DNA of 64,000 nt from an uncultured Candidatus Bathyarchaeia archaeon (GCA_964527165.1 CAZGNE010000006.1:1601-65600); one strand, 5' to 3'. Counted from the stretch's first letter, positions 53,620 to 62,249 are shown. Notes: generated by a model not told the origin, from the letters alone. Made by a program: numbers and translations.

Positions 53620-55515
53620 CTATGTTTCAAGCCATCTTGAGATCTCGGTTTTCTTATCCATTTCTAACTTGATGCCCATCGGTTCGAATGTCTGGTTCAT
53701 AGCTGTAAGTAGGTTTCGGATGTAATCTTCTGTATTAATCTCGATGAGGTTTTTCACGAGTTCAGCAGGTTTTACTGTGAAAGTCCTATTCTTGTACTTG
53801 AAGGGTTTAACTTTGATGAATGATACTGTGTCCGATTTTTTCAGTTTTCTGCCTGCATCAACGAGTTGTAGCGCACATTGGTAAGGTTGAGAGGCTGTCT
53901 TCATATCTGCAGTTTTCTCGTTTGGATCGAAGTAAAGTCGCACGGAATAAGTCAGATCTTCCAGGTCGATTCTTCTGTTTTTCAAGGCGAATATGCCTTT
54001 TTGCACTATTGCTTTGATTGCCGCTTTGGCTTCTTCATATTCTTCTTGGTTTTTTATTGTAGATAGTTCGTTCAAGCATTGTTGAAAAATTTTGTTTATG
54101 TAGTTTGGCGAGTTGGATTTTACTGCGGTAACCCCTTTGATGTCTGGTGTGCCATCTTGCAGTATCCCGAAATATGCTTTCTTGGCTTTTGGCAAAACAC
54201 ATAGGCTATAACGTTTGTCAACCGCTAAGTCCAGATGAAACCTTTCCTTAACCGCCTTGATCAGCAATTCGACCTGTTCATCAGAAGCATTGTCCAGAAA
54301 CAGCGAATCTGTATCGCCATAGAGCGGGCGCAAAGCTCTTTCTTCTGCCATCTGCCAGCTTTCTCTGAGTACATATCGTCCATAACCTGTTATGGCTTCG
54401 GCTAAAGGTGGACAAGCTAGCCCGTGTATTCGAACAGTAACCCCATAGCTTGAAACTAAAATCAGTTTCAACAATTTTGCTGCTATTGCGGCTTTCTCTT
54501 TTTCTTCTCTAGTCAGCGTGTTGTCCTTTGAAGCTGGTTTGAAAAGTTTTATTCGCAAATCTTTTAAGGCTCCTATGAGAACGGCATAAAAGCCTCTTCG
54601 TTGGAGGCACACATGCCCATCAAAATCTGGAATCTTGTTTTTCATGCAGCTTATGTGTTCGCAATCAACTGTCTCATAAGACAGGTTGAAGCTGTCGATG
54701 CAACTGGGGTATAGGCTTTCGAAATCGCATACAACCGTGTTAAAATAGATTCCAGCTTTGGGCGCAACCGTCAATGCGCCTACAACTCTGTGCGGTGTTT
54801 TTCCTTTTGTTAGTTCTTCAGCAGTTGGAATGAGTATATTGCTTTTTCTTAGGTGGGTGTAGATTATTGATTTTAGCCATTCACTCACATGATGGCTGGT
54901 CAAGGCTTCAGTTAATGGAAGATTGGCTATTCTGGAAAGCATCCATGCAGCATAGGCTCTCTCAATATCAACTTCGTTAGTGCCAAAAAAATCCGAGTCT
55001 AAGTTCGGTATTGGTTGATTAAGTAAAGTGAACCAATAGAAGATTTGAGCGCACTTGAGCGGGTCTTGGGTTTGCACTTCCGTAAAGACTTCTTCGAACT
55101 CTGTCTTTATCGATGTGGATGGTTCTAGAACTGGTTTTAGATTGTTTTCGGAATGTAATGCTCCGAAAACTAGACCTTTATCATAAACGTAGGATTTTGT
55201 GAAGTCGATCTCTTTTTCCCAACAAGGACTGAGCTTTTCTGCGGCTCTTGAGGCTATTTTGACGTTTGGCCAAGAGATTTTTGTCAGAGATTTTTGTTCA
55301 CCTGTGAATAAATCAGTTTTCTCTACAATTTGGGTATCGCCGCTAAAATAGTCCACCGTGGCCCTATCTTCGCTTGTCAAAGAATGCGGCGTCAGAAAAT
55401 ACGGTTTATACTTGTCGTCTATGAATTCTTCAATTTCTCCGTTTGTGCCTAGGAATTTGAGCTTTATCGAGTTTGTCTCAGTTACCCTTGCATCAAGCAA
55501 GTAAAGCTCAGCCAT
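53620..55515 (-). CDS. family B DNA polymerase lacking the 3'-5' exonuclease domain
   Basis: 631-aa ORF. Polymerase motifs are intact: A VVCDFESLYPS, B KLLKLILVSSYG, C LYGDTDSLF, and KAKKAYFG. Only about 95 aa lie between the N-terminal YVYDKGL and the finger/palm entry, with no ExoI/II/III acidic motifs. Confidence 0.85.
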   Translation of the reverse strand: MAELYLLDARVTETNSIKLKFLGTNGEIEEFIDDKYKPYFLTPHSLTSEDRATVDYFSGDTQIVEKTDLFTGEQKSLTKISWPNVKIASRAAEKLSPCWEKEIDFTKSYVYDKGLVFGALHSENNLKPVLEPSTSIKTEFEEVFTEVQTQDPLKCAQIFYWFTLLNQPIPNLDSDFFGTNEVDIERAYAAWMLSRIANLPLTEALTSHHVSEWLKSIIYTHLRKSNILIPTAEELTKGKTPHRVVGALTVAPKAGIYFNTVVCDFESLYPSCIDSFNLSYETVDCEHISCMKNKIPDFDGHVCLQRRGFYAVLIGALKDLRIKLFKPASKDNTLTREEKEKAAIAAKLLKLILVSSYGVTVRIHGLACPPLAEAITGYGRYVLRESWQMAEERALRPLYGDTDSLFLDNASDEQVELLIKAVKERFHLDLAVDKRYSLCVLPKAKKAYFGILQDGTPDIKGVTAVKSNSPNYINKIFQQCLNELSTIKNQEEYEEAKAAIKAIVQKGIFALKNRRIDLEDLTYSVRLYFDPNEKTADMKTASQPYQCALQLVDAGRKLKKSDTVSFIKVKPFKYKNRTFTVKPAELVKNLIEINTEDYIRNLLTAMNQTFEPMGIKLEMDKKTEISRWLET

Positions 55516-56542
55516 CGGTTAAAGCCTCTTCAGAGTCTAATGTACTTCGTATTTCTGAAAGCTCCTTTTCCGTCAAGTTTCTTGGATAGTTATAGATGGG
55601 ACCGCTTGGCTTCTCGTTATAGTATGGCCTATTGCAGTTTGGACATCCAGAAGTGAGAAAAGGGTTGCCCGTTTGGATAATCCGCATTACCGTCTGTTTT
55701 TCCACACCGAAATCGGTTATTTGCCCTTCTTTGTTAAAGCGTATTTTCTCAAATCTTGCAAATCCTTCCCGGATTAGGTCTCTGGCGATTTGGATTCGTC
55801 TGTAACTTTGAATTGACGGTTGAGTCTTGTCTTCTAATGCTGTTCCGTTGATAGGCGTAAATGCGAAAAGTGCCGGCAAAACTTTCATGTCTACACAGTT
55901 CTGGATAATGTGAATCATTTCTTTCTCAGTTTCGCCCAAGCCAACGATAAGATGTGTGCTAACTCTGGCTTCACCGAAAATGTCAACTGCCTCCCTAAGC
56001 AGTTCAAGCTGGTCTTTCAAATTGTACGGTCCACCAGCACGTTCTCCCTTGATCTTGTCAAACAGTTCTTCGGTTGCCGCATCTAACGGTATCCCTAATC
56101 TTTGGACACCAGCTTCAGCTAACAGCGTCATGTTCTTTTTGTTTAATGGCTGGCATGAAACCGAAATCGGCACTTTAGTGTTTTCATAAATGGTTTTGAC
56201 TAGAGCCTGCAAGTGCATGAATACTGAGGGATAATTTATAGCTTGTATACAAACACGCTTTATTACACCTTGCTTGTGTGCTTTTTGTATCCCATCAATT
56301 ACTGGGTTTGTTGAAAAAATCGGCCATGAAACCCTTGAAAGCATGTCAGCTCGGCTACTGCTGTCTTTAGCTTGTGTGCAGAAACCACAATTTGCAGAAC
56401 ACTTGCCTTCGCTGTAAGTCATCAAATAGGCAGTAGTGGGCAGGGCGTCAAGTTTTGTGCACAGGAGCCCCAGAACCATGGCAGTGCCTACTGAAATTCT
56501 GATCCTTTCAGGCACATGTTCGCTTGTGACTTTCAGATTCAT
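55508..56542 (-). CDS. radical SAM protein, BioB/LipS-like (candidate archaeal lipoyl synthase component)
   Basis: 344-aa ORF. CSANCGFC (Cx3Cx2C), a TIM-barrel-like pattern, and an extra C-terminal CPNC. Its stop overlaps the PolB start by 8 nt. Confidence 0.7.
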   Translation of the reverse strand: MNLKVTSEHVPERIRISVGTAMVLGLLCTKLDALPTTAYLMTYSEGKCSANCGFCTQAKDSSSRADMLSRVSWPIFSTNPVIDGIQKAHKQGVIKRVCIQAINYPSVFMHLQALVKTIYENTKVPISVSCQPLNKKNMTLLAEAGVQRLGIPLDAATEELFDKIKGERAGGPYNLKDQLELLREAVDIFGEARVSTHLIVGLGETEKEMIHIIQNCVDMKVLPALFAFTPINGTALEDKTQPSIQSYRRIQIARDLIREGFARFEKIRFNKEGQITDFGVEKQTVMRIIQTGNPFLTSGCPNCNRPYYNEKPSGPIYNYPRNLTEKELSEIRSTLDSEEALTDG

Positions 56543-56670
56543 GGTATTCCTCAGTGAAGCTGTGAAAACAGTTCTTTCAGATTTTAAGCATGAGTGCTCG
56601 GCGGAATTAAAGGTTTCACCATCGACGCTTCATAGGCAGTCTATCAGTTGATGTGAGCGAAAACTATTAA

Positions 56671-57696
56671 GTGAGGCTGCTTGAAACAATTTCACGGAGA
56701 ACCATAATGCATCTTTCAGCTGAAGCAGTCTGGCAGATGAATGATAGGAAGCTATTACACATTCTGGAGAGCGATTCTTTTTTGCCAAGACGAAAGCAGC
56801 TTCATTTTTATGCTCCAAGCTTCATGTATTACAAAACAAGTCAGTATCATTCTTCACCTGCAGATTTTCCGACTATATCAGTAACAGGCAGAGGTTGCTC
56901 GTTAAGATGCAAACATTGCGGTGGAAAAGTCCTAGAAACAATGTTTCCAGTGAACAAGCCTCAAGAACTGCTTGAATTGTGCAGAAAGCTCAAAAGTGAA
57001 GGAGCTTTAGGGTGTCTCATAAGCGGAGGCTGTCTTCCAGATGGCTCTGTACCGTTTAGGAGCTTTGTTGACGTTATTGGAAAGGTCAAGCGTGAACTAG
57101 GGTTGACGGTTTTTGCTCACACCGGGGTCATAGATTTCCAAACTGCAAAGCTGCTTAAAGATAGCGGTGTTGACGCTGCGTTAATTGACGTTATTGGATC
57201 AGATGAAACTATAAGAGAAGTCTATAGGCTTAAGGTCTCGGTTGAGGATTATGCTAACTCCTTGAAAGCGTTGAGCGACTCTGGGATAGATTTTGTGCCA
57301 CATGTTATTGCAGGGCTTCATTATGGAAGGCTGAAAGGCGAGTTCCAGGCGCTGAAAATAATATGCACGTATAATCCTTCCGCACTTGTAGTCATTGCTT
57401 TCATGCCTATACATGGAACTGAAATGGAAGTAACCAGACCTCCTGAACCCTTAGATATAGCCCGAGTCATTGTAGCTGCAAGGTTGCTGTTTCCTCAAAC
57501 ACCGCTGGCTCTAGGTTGTATGCGACCAAAAGGAAAACATCGCTCGCGAACAGATGTGCTCGCCATAAAGGCAGGAGTGGACGCCATAGCATTTCCAGCA
57601 GAAGACGCCATTCATTTTGCTCAAGAAAGTGGATATGAAACTGTTTTTTCTTCGCTTTGCTGCTCTCAAATCTTTCTTGATGTGAAAGGCCCTTAA
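56671..57696 (+). CDS. radical SAM protein, BioB/LipS-like (candidate archaeal lipoyl synthase component)
   Basis: 341-aa ORF. CSLRCKHC (Cx3Cx2C). Divergent from the other radical-SAM gene across 128 nt. An alternative ATG start lies at 56707. Confidence 0.7.
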   Translation: MRLLETISRRTIMHLSAEAVWQMNDRKLLHILESDSFLPRRKQLHFYAPSFMYYKTSQYHSSPADFPTISVTGRGCSLRCKHCGGKVLETMFPVNKPQELLELCRKLKSEGALGCLISGGCLPDGSVPFRSFVDVIGKVKRELGLTVFAHTGVIDFQTAKLLKDSGVDAALIDVIGSDETIREVYRLKVSVEDYANSLKALSDSGIDFVPHVIAGLHYGRLKGEFQALKIICTYNPSALVVIAFMPIHGTEMEVTRPPEPLDIARVIVAARLLFPQTPLALGCMRPKGKHRSRTDVLAIKAGVDAIAFPAEDAIHFAQESGYETVFSSLCCSQIFLDVKGP

Positions 57697-57932
57697 CGAT
57701 TTCTCAGTAGAGAATCTTTAATACTTCGCATCATGTCGTTTTTCAGTTTGGTGTATTGTGTACTCAGCCTCTCTGCGTCTTTCTTGTTCATTCCTTGGTT
57801 AACCAGTTCTTTTTCGAAGGCTTTTCTGGCTTTGCGGACTTTCCAGCCAAATGTAATCCACAAACCAAAAAGACTGAGGATAAGGCGAGTTAAAGAAAGA
57901 CCTGAGCTTATGATGCTGCGGGCTTTCTTCAT
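57693..57932 (-). CDS. small membrane-anchored protein
   Basis: 79-aa ORF with one TM (LTRLILSLFGLWITFGW) followed by a basic amphipathic tail. Last gene of a four-gene minus-strand string. Confidence 0.45.
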   Translation of the reverse strand: MKKARSIISSGLSLTRLILSLFGLWITFGWKVRKARKAFEKELVNQGMNKKDAERLSTQYTKLKNDMMRSIKDSLLRNR

Positions 57933-57968
57933 GGTATTTCACTTTGGCAGTCTAAAAAAAGAGGATTA

Positions 57969-58382
57969 TCAATCCTCGCCGTCTTCGTCTTCCTCTTCTT
58001 TTTCTCTCTTCTTCTCTCTTAGTTTTTCTTCGATTTTTCTTGAGAGTTCTTCGCCGAGCTTTTCCTTTTTGAACTCTCCTTTTCCGCTTGTCGCATGTTT
58101 GAGCATGTCTCCTAGGCTTGTGAAAGTTCCCATGTAGTTTTCAGTCATCTTGACCGCGGTTTCTTCAGGCATGCCTGCTGCTCTTAACTCTTTGTAAAAG
58201 GCTGCTGCCGCTTTGCCCATGTCTCTCCCAGCGTCTTCGGAAAATACACTTCCGATTATCCCTTTGACTAGTGCGGGTACTTCTTTTGAAACTACTCCTA
58301 GGACCTCTCTTAGTTCTTCGACATCTTCTTTTCCTTCTTTTTTCTTTGCCTTTTCTTCGATCATTTCAAGTTTCACCTCCAT
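57969..58382 (-). CDS. hypothetical highly charged protein
   Basis: 137-aa ORF. Its K/E-rich termini explain the polypyrimidine tract at 57965-58040. Confidence 0.5.
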   Translation of the reverse strand: MEVKLEMIEEKAKKKEGKEDVEELREVLGVVSKEVPALVKGIIGSVFSEDAGRDMGKAAAAFYKELRAAGMPEETAVKMTENYMGTFTSLGDMLKHATSGKGEFKKEKLGEELSRKIEEKLREKKREKEEEDEDGED

Positions 58383-58402
58383 TTAATCTCTTTTTGCTGT
58401 AA

Positions 58403-58627
58403 TTAACGGTTTTGTAATCTTTGAGCGAGTTGAACTGCTTGGGCTTTTGTGTGTTCGGCTTCCTGTAGAGTATTCATTGCCTCTCTGTTTATTGGAACAC
58501 TCTTAGCCCAGCTGATCCTTTTATCTAGTCTTCCGTGTTTTTTTCCATATCCCATCATTCCAAAGAGCTTGTCTAGAATGTTGTTTCTACGATTTCCTGC
58601 TCGTATTCCTTTTTTGACTATATCCAT
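58403..58627 (-). CDS. hypothetical small basic protein
   Basis: 74-aa ORF in the same string. No motif. Confidence 0.4.
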   Translation of the reverse strand: MDIVKKGIRAGNRRNNILDKLFGMMGYGKKHGRLDKRISWAKSVPINREAMNTLQEAEHTKAQAVQLAQRLQNR

Positions 58628-58704
58628 TTTCTTTCACCTCTACAGTATGTAAAGGCGTGGTTACTGCTGTTATTCATTATGGAAAAAAGTGGTCAGACAT
58701 TCGG

Positions 58705-59166
58705 TCACTCTGTAAGCTCGTAGACGTTTCCGTACCCTTCAGCTTTACGGATGATGACTTTTTCTTCTAGGCGCTCCACTCTTTCTCTTATGATTCTTCG
58801 TGAAGATTTGCCGCGCATCTTTCTGACTTGCCGCGTTATTGCAGAAATGTTCAGTTTTTCGTGCATGGCTAGGGCTTGCACTATGCATCTTGAAATGTCG
58901 TCCTGTACAATCTCTGGCTTCTTCAGGTGTTTTTCAGCGGTTTTTAGACGTGCTGCCACCTTTAGGGGTTCGCCATATAAGCCTACGCCTGTGCGTGTCA
59001 TGCGTAAGTAAGGCGCTAAGCTGGCGTATTCAGAATTTTCTGTGATGAACGTTTCCAGTGTTTCAAGCCTTTCCATTATTAGGTCAAGTTTCTTGCTTAG
59101 CTCTTCTATGCTTGCGCCTTTTTTCTCGGTTGTGCCAGTGTCTTCTTTTGGGGTCATGCCTTTCAT
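58705..59166 (-). CDS. winged-helix DNA-binding protein
   Basis: 153-aa ORF. The C-terminal [51 protein letters not shown]...YELT has a wHTH pattern. Confidence 0.55.
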   Translation of the reverse strand: MKGMTPKEDTGTTEKKGASIEELSKKLDLIMERLETLETFITENSEYASLAPYLRMTRTGVGLYGEPLKVAARLKTAEKHLKKPEIVQDDISRCIVQALAMHEKLNISAITRQVRKMRGKSSRRIIRERVERLEEKVIIRKAEGYGNVYELTE

Positions 59167-59262
59167 GTTCTTATACGTTTAGCTTTGATAAAGGTGTTTG
59201 TGGCTTTCGAACTTGTTCGAAGTGTATGAGAAAGGTTTCACAGGCTCAATTGATATGCTAGT

Positions 59263-59880
59263 TTAGCTCCTTGATTGTGAAGCTTGTTTGAGCATGTTGT
59301 TGCCTAAGACTATAGCCCACGTTGAAGCTGATAGTGCAGAGATGGTTTCGGGAATGGCCACGTTTGGGGCATATTGCACTGCAAAATAGACCCCCCACGG
59401 TCCTGCTGCCACTAGGGCTATGGTCAACGTGAACAGACCCATCTTCATCTTGCCCATCTGTAGAAAAGCAGCAACAAGAACAAGTAAGGCTAATGGTAAA
59501 AGTGCAAAAAACGCCACAGAAGCATAATAGTGCAGTGGCTTGATGTTCTCAGGAAAAATGCCAATAGCAATTAGAGCCAATGTCGCGAGAACAAAGGTGA
59601 ATGTGCCGATCTTGGCAAGAGTTTTCTTGCTAAGAGAGTGGAATAGACCGATAGCGAAAGCTAGTGCGAAGAGCCCGCTGGTTATTAAACCGTAGTTGAA
59701 TAAGGGTGCGGTCAAGCCTTTTTGGATGCCTAAGTTGCTTAATGCGTTATCTGTCCAGCTGAACTCAGGAGAATAGTGAATTGCAAGTAATATGCATGTG
59801 AACGCAACTAGGGGTGTGATTACGCCGCAGACTCCGCTTATTCTAAGCCAAATTAGGTCTCTCTGGTTCATAATTTTCAT
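59263..59880 (-). CDS. polytopic membrane protein (DUF998-like pattern)
   Basis: 205-aa ORF with about 6 TM helices. Family assignment is tentative. Confidence 0.5.
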   Translation of the reverse strand: MKIMNQRDLIWLRISGVCGVITPLVAFTCILLAIHYSPEFSWTDNALSNLGIQKGLTAPLFNYGLITSGLFALAFAIGLFHSLSKKTLAKIGTFTFVLATLALIAIGIFPENIKPLHYYASVAFFALLPLALLVLVAAFLQMGKMKMGLFTLTIALVAAGPWGVYFAVQYAPNVAIPETISALSASTWAIVLGNNMLKQASQSRS

Positions 59881-60057
59881 TTATTCATAAGGGATGCTGT
59901 TTCTTAAAAGAATTGAGGAAGCCGTTTGCTTGGTTTTTGGATCGTGCTGGAACATGCTTCACAATAATGAATCATTCTCAGTTTTGACTAATCGATTGAG
60001 CGTTAATCTTTATCAGATGCTCACCTCTTCTGTAACCTTTTGAGAAGTGGATAAGCT

Positions 60058-60492
60058 TTGGTGGTTAATTTGCGATCGGCTCAAAAAAAACACGTGGATA
60101 TCTTGGAAAAACTCTTCAACGAGTTTTCTGAGCAGCAACTGAAGAGAGGCTTGTCCATTCAAAAAGCTATTTGCGATCCAAACGCGGAGATCCTGGTTGC
60201 CGAAGTTGAGGGTGAGATTGTTGCGTTTCTTCATCAGGTCTTTTTTGAAGACCCACTTCACGCAGGCGTCAATTCTTTGATAACTAGCCTTTTTGTCGGC
60301 AGGGCTTATAGAAAGCGTGGCATCGCTGCAAGTCTGATCGCGAAGGCAATTGAGAACGCAAAAGCAAGAAAAGTGCAAGAAGTGCATGTGACTACTAGAG
60401 TGAATAACACTCAAGCTATCCGTTTGTACGAGAAACTTGGGTTTCACAAAGAAGGCGTACTCCTCGAAATGAACCCCCGGAACGCAAATTGA
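60058..60492 (+). CDS. GNAT-family N-acetyltransferase
   Basis: 144-aa ORF. RGIAASLIAKAIENAK (acetyl-CoA Q/RxxGxG/A-like loop) and NTQAIRLYEKLGF. Confidence 0.85.
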   Translation: MVVNLRSAQKKHVDILEKLFNEFSEQQLKRGLSIQKAICDPNAEILVAEVEGEIVAFLHQVFFEDPLHAGVNSLITSLFVGRAYRKRGIAASLIAKAIENAKARKVQEVHVTTRVNNTQAIRLYEKLGFHKEGVLLEMNPRNAN

Positions 60493-60555
60493 GAGCATAC
60501 ATGGTTTAGGACATAGAGAGAATTATAGCACTATAGGGTAATCGGAATCGAGTAT

Positions 60556-61030
60556 ACGTCCACATTGGGGAAAGCGTGGGCGGCTTGGGCTGTAAGTAGT
60601 AGAAGCTCCGAAATCACGAACCACTACTACTTTTAAGCTGAAACTGTCCAAGGGCTTCCCAGCGAGGCTTAGGGCTGGAAGCAGTCGACACTAAGACCTA
60701 TAGGACTACTACTATTGTGGGGAAAATGCCACAGCCATTCGCCGAAAAACGATCAATCGTGGGCTGAAAGAACAAAAAAAAGCCGCACACAAAGTTTTTT
60801 TCTTCTTCCAGCGTGAAAACTGCCCTACGAAGCGCAAAAGAAGCCCTCGTGAAGATCGAGCGATACCTGCAAACTCGTGGAAGCAGAATTCGAGTGTGTC
60901 ACAGAGTTGAAAGGCGCCAAAGTCTTCAAGAAACGCAAGTAACCGCACACATCCCCCAAAGTGCGGAGGGTTTATCCAGAACAATGTTGAAAGTGCGGGG
61001 GTGGGACCCCCACCCGAATTTCCCGGTAAA
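60556..61030. ncRNA. candidate structured non-coding RNA(s), identity unknown
   Basis: GC-enriched ORF-poor island. Hairpins: AAGTAGTAG...CTACTACTT, TGTGG-GGAAAATG-CCACA, CTTAG...GCTG-GAAG-CAGT...CTAAG, ACTCG-TGGAAGCAGAAT-TCGAGT, CCGCAC...GTGCGG and GGGTGGG-ACC-CCCACCC. Repeated TGGAAGCAG and CCGCACACA. Central A8-GCCGCACACAAAG-T7 tract. Ends can pair (GGGAAA..GTGGG with CCCAC..TTTCCC). Confidence 0.4.
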
Positions 61031-61062
61031 AAATCATATCAAATATGCTCGATGAAAGTTTC

Positions 61063-61605
61063 TCACAAGGCTTGAATGGTTTGTAAAATTGTAAGCACGC
61101 CAGCTTCTTTGGCTCTTCTTTGAAGGTATTTATTGTCCAATTTGTTTTCTTGTCTGGTCAACACGCTTTTTACGTCTTGTTCATCAATTACTCCTCTATC
61201 GGGTCTGGCTAGCTTGTTTACTATGAAATCCTCTGCGGAAACAATCCATGCCCAAATGTTCGTATCTAGCTGAACCTTCTGTCTTCTTCTTAAGGTTTCG
61301 TCATCAAAAATAATTCCATCAGGTCTCAACCATAGTTCAATTTCTATTTTCTCCTTTCGGTCGAGAATAACAATTAAAGGGTTTTCGGGAGAGGAGATGG
61401 TAGGTTCAAAATCCTTTGATTGTAGCAAATTTAGAAGTTGGTTTAATTCTTTGTCGGTTTTTATTGCTACTGCCAAGTCAATGTCAACCGTTGTTCGAAT
61501 TCTTCCATAGAAAGGAAGAGCATAGCCCCCAATTATCATGTAGGGAACATTGTTGTCTTCAAATAGTTTCAGAAGTCTCTGAAGAGATTTTAATATTGCT
61601 GGCAA
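61063..61605 (-). CDS. minimal nucleotidyltransferase-fold protein (MNT/AbiEii-like)
   Basis: 180-aa ORF. PYMIIGGYALPFYGRIRTTVDIDLAV is the GG...G..R.T.DxD signature of the Pol-beta NTase superfamily. Confidence 0.7.
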   Translation of the reverse strand: MPAILKSLQRLLKLFEDNNVPYMIIGGYALPFYGRIRTTVDIDLAVAIKTDKELNQLLNLLQSKDFEPTISSPENPLIVILDRKEKIEIELWLRPDGIIFDDETLRRRQKVQLDTNIWAWIVSAEDFIVNKLARPDRGVIDEQDVKSVLTRQENKLDNKYLQRRAKEAGVLTILQTIQAL

Positions 61606-61969
61606 TTGTGTTCAACTCCACAAAAATCTGGAAAGGCGAATGACCGTTTGCAACAAGTCTACTGGTATACGCTGCATCTCTTACTGCGTGTTCCAAGTCC
61701 TCTTTTCTCGCTCTAAGTGGTTTCATTTTCAATTTCCTGTAAGTTTCCAGAAACTCAAAACCTAAGGGAGTGCATATTATGTTCTTTTTAGGTCTACCTC
61801 TCCTCGAATGTGCAGCCTTTTGTAGATCAATGAGCTTCTCTTTGTTCATCTCTCTTAATAAAGAGACAACCTTTGATGTCTTCCATTCCAGCGCTTGGAC
61901 TAGATCTCTGACACCGCAGGTGGTCGATACAGCGGCTTCAAGTATTCGAGCTCTTTGATCCAAAGACAT
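61559..61969 (-). CDS. winged-helix protein upstream of the NTase (putative antitoxin/regulator)
   Basis: 136-aa ORF overlapping the NTase gene by 47 nt. The N-terminal RDLVQALEWKTSKVVSLLREMNKEKLIDL...GRPKK has a wHTH pattern. Confidence 0.55.
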   Translation of the reverse strand: MSLDQRARILEAAVSTTCGVRDLVQALEWKTSKVVSLLREMNKEKLIDLQKAAHSRRGRPKKNIICTPLGFEFLETYRKLKMKPLRARKEDLEHAVRDAAYTSRLVANGHSPFQIFVELNTIASNIKISSETSETI

Positions 61970-62249
61970 TTTGTTTCCCTTCTGGAAACTTATTCACGTA
62001 TAAAATGAGAGAAACAACTATTTAAACATGCCGCAATCTTTTCTTGTGACATATTACCTTTTATTGGTAAACATGTGTTCAAATTTCAACCCTCAACCAC
62101 AAAGCCATAAATCAGGATTTTTCCACCAGAAAATAAGCTCATAAAACGCCCCAACTCGAGTGCGGGGGATTAGGTTTAGATATTGGTTTAAACTTTCGGA
62201 TTTTGCTTGGTCCTAGAAAGTCTGTTTGAAGAGAGGTCATTAATGTTTT

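Noticed and set aside
60556-61030. Identity of the structured island as RNase P RNA or SRP (7S) RNA.
   Set aside because: GGGGAAAGCGTGGGC superficially resembles the RNase P CR-I box GAGGAAAGTCCGGGC. However, I found no complementary P4 3' strand (ACAGAA...GGCTTA-type). The GGAAGCAG strings do not sit in an SRP helix-8-like context (no GGAA tetraloop flanked by AGCA-type loops). It is left as unknown.
60712-61055. ORFs 60712..60984 (-) and 60813..61055 (+) inside the GC-rich island.
   Set aside because: They have no protein-like pattern, overlap each other on opposite strands, and coincide with dense hairpins and repeats. The region is better explained as non-coding.
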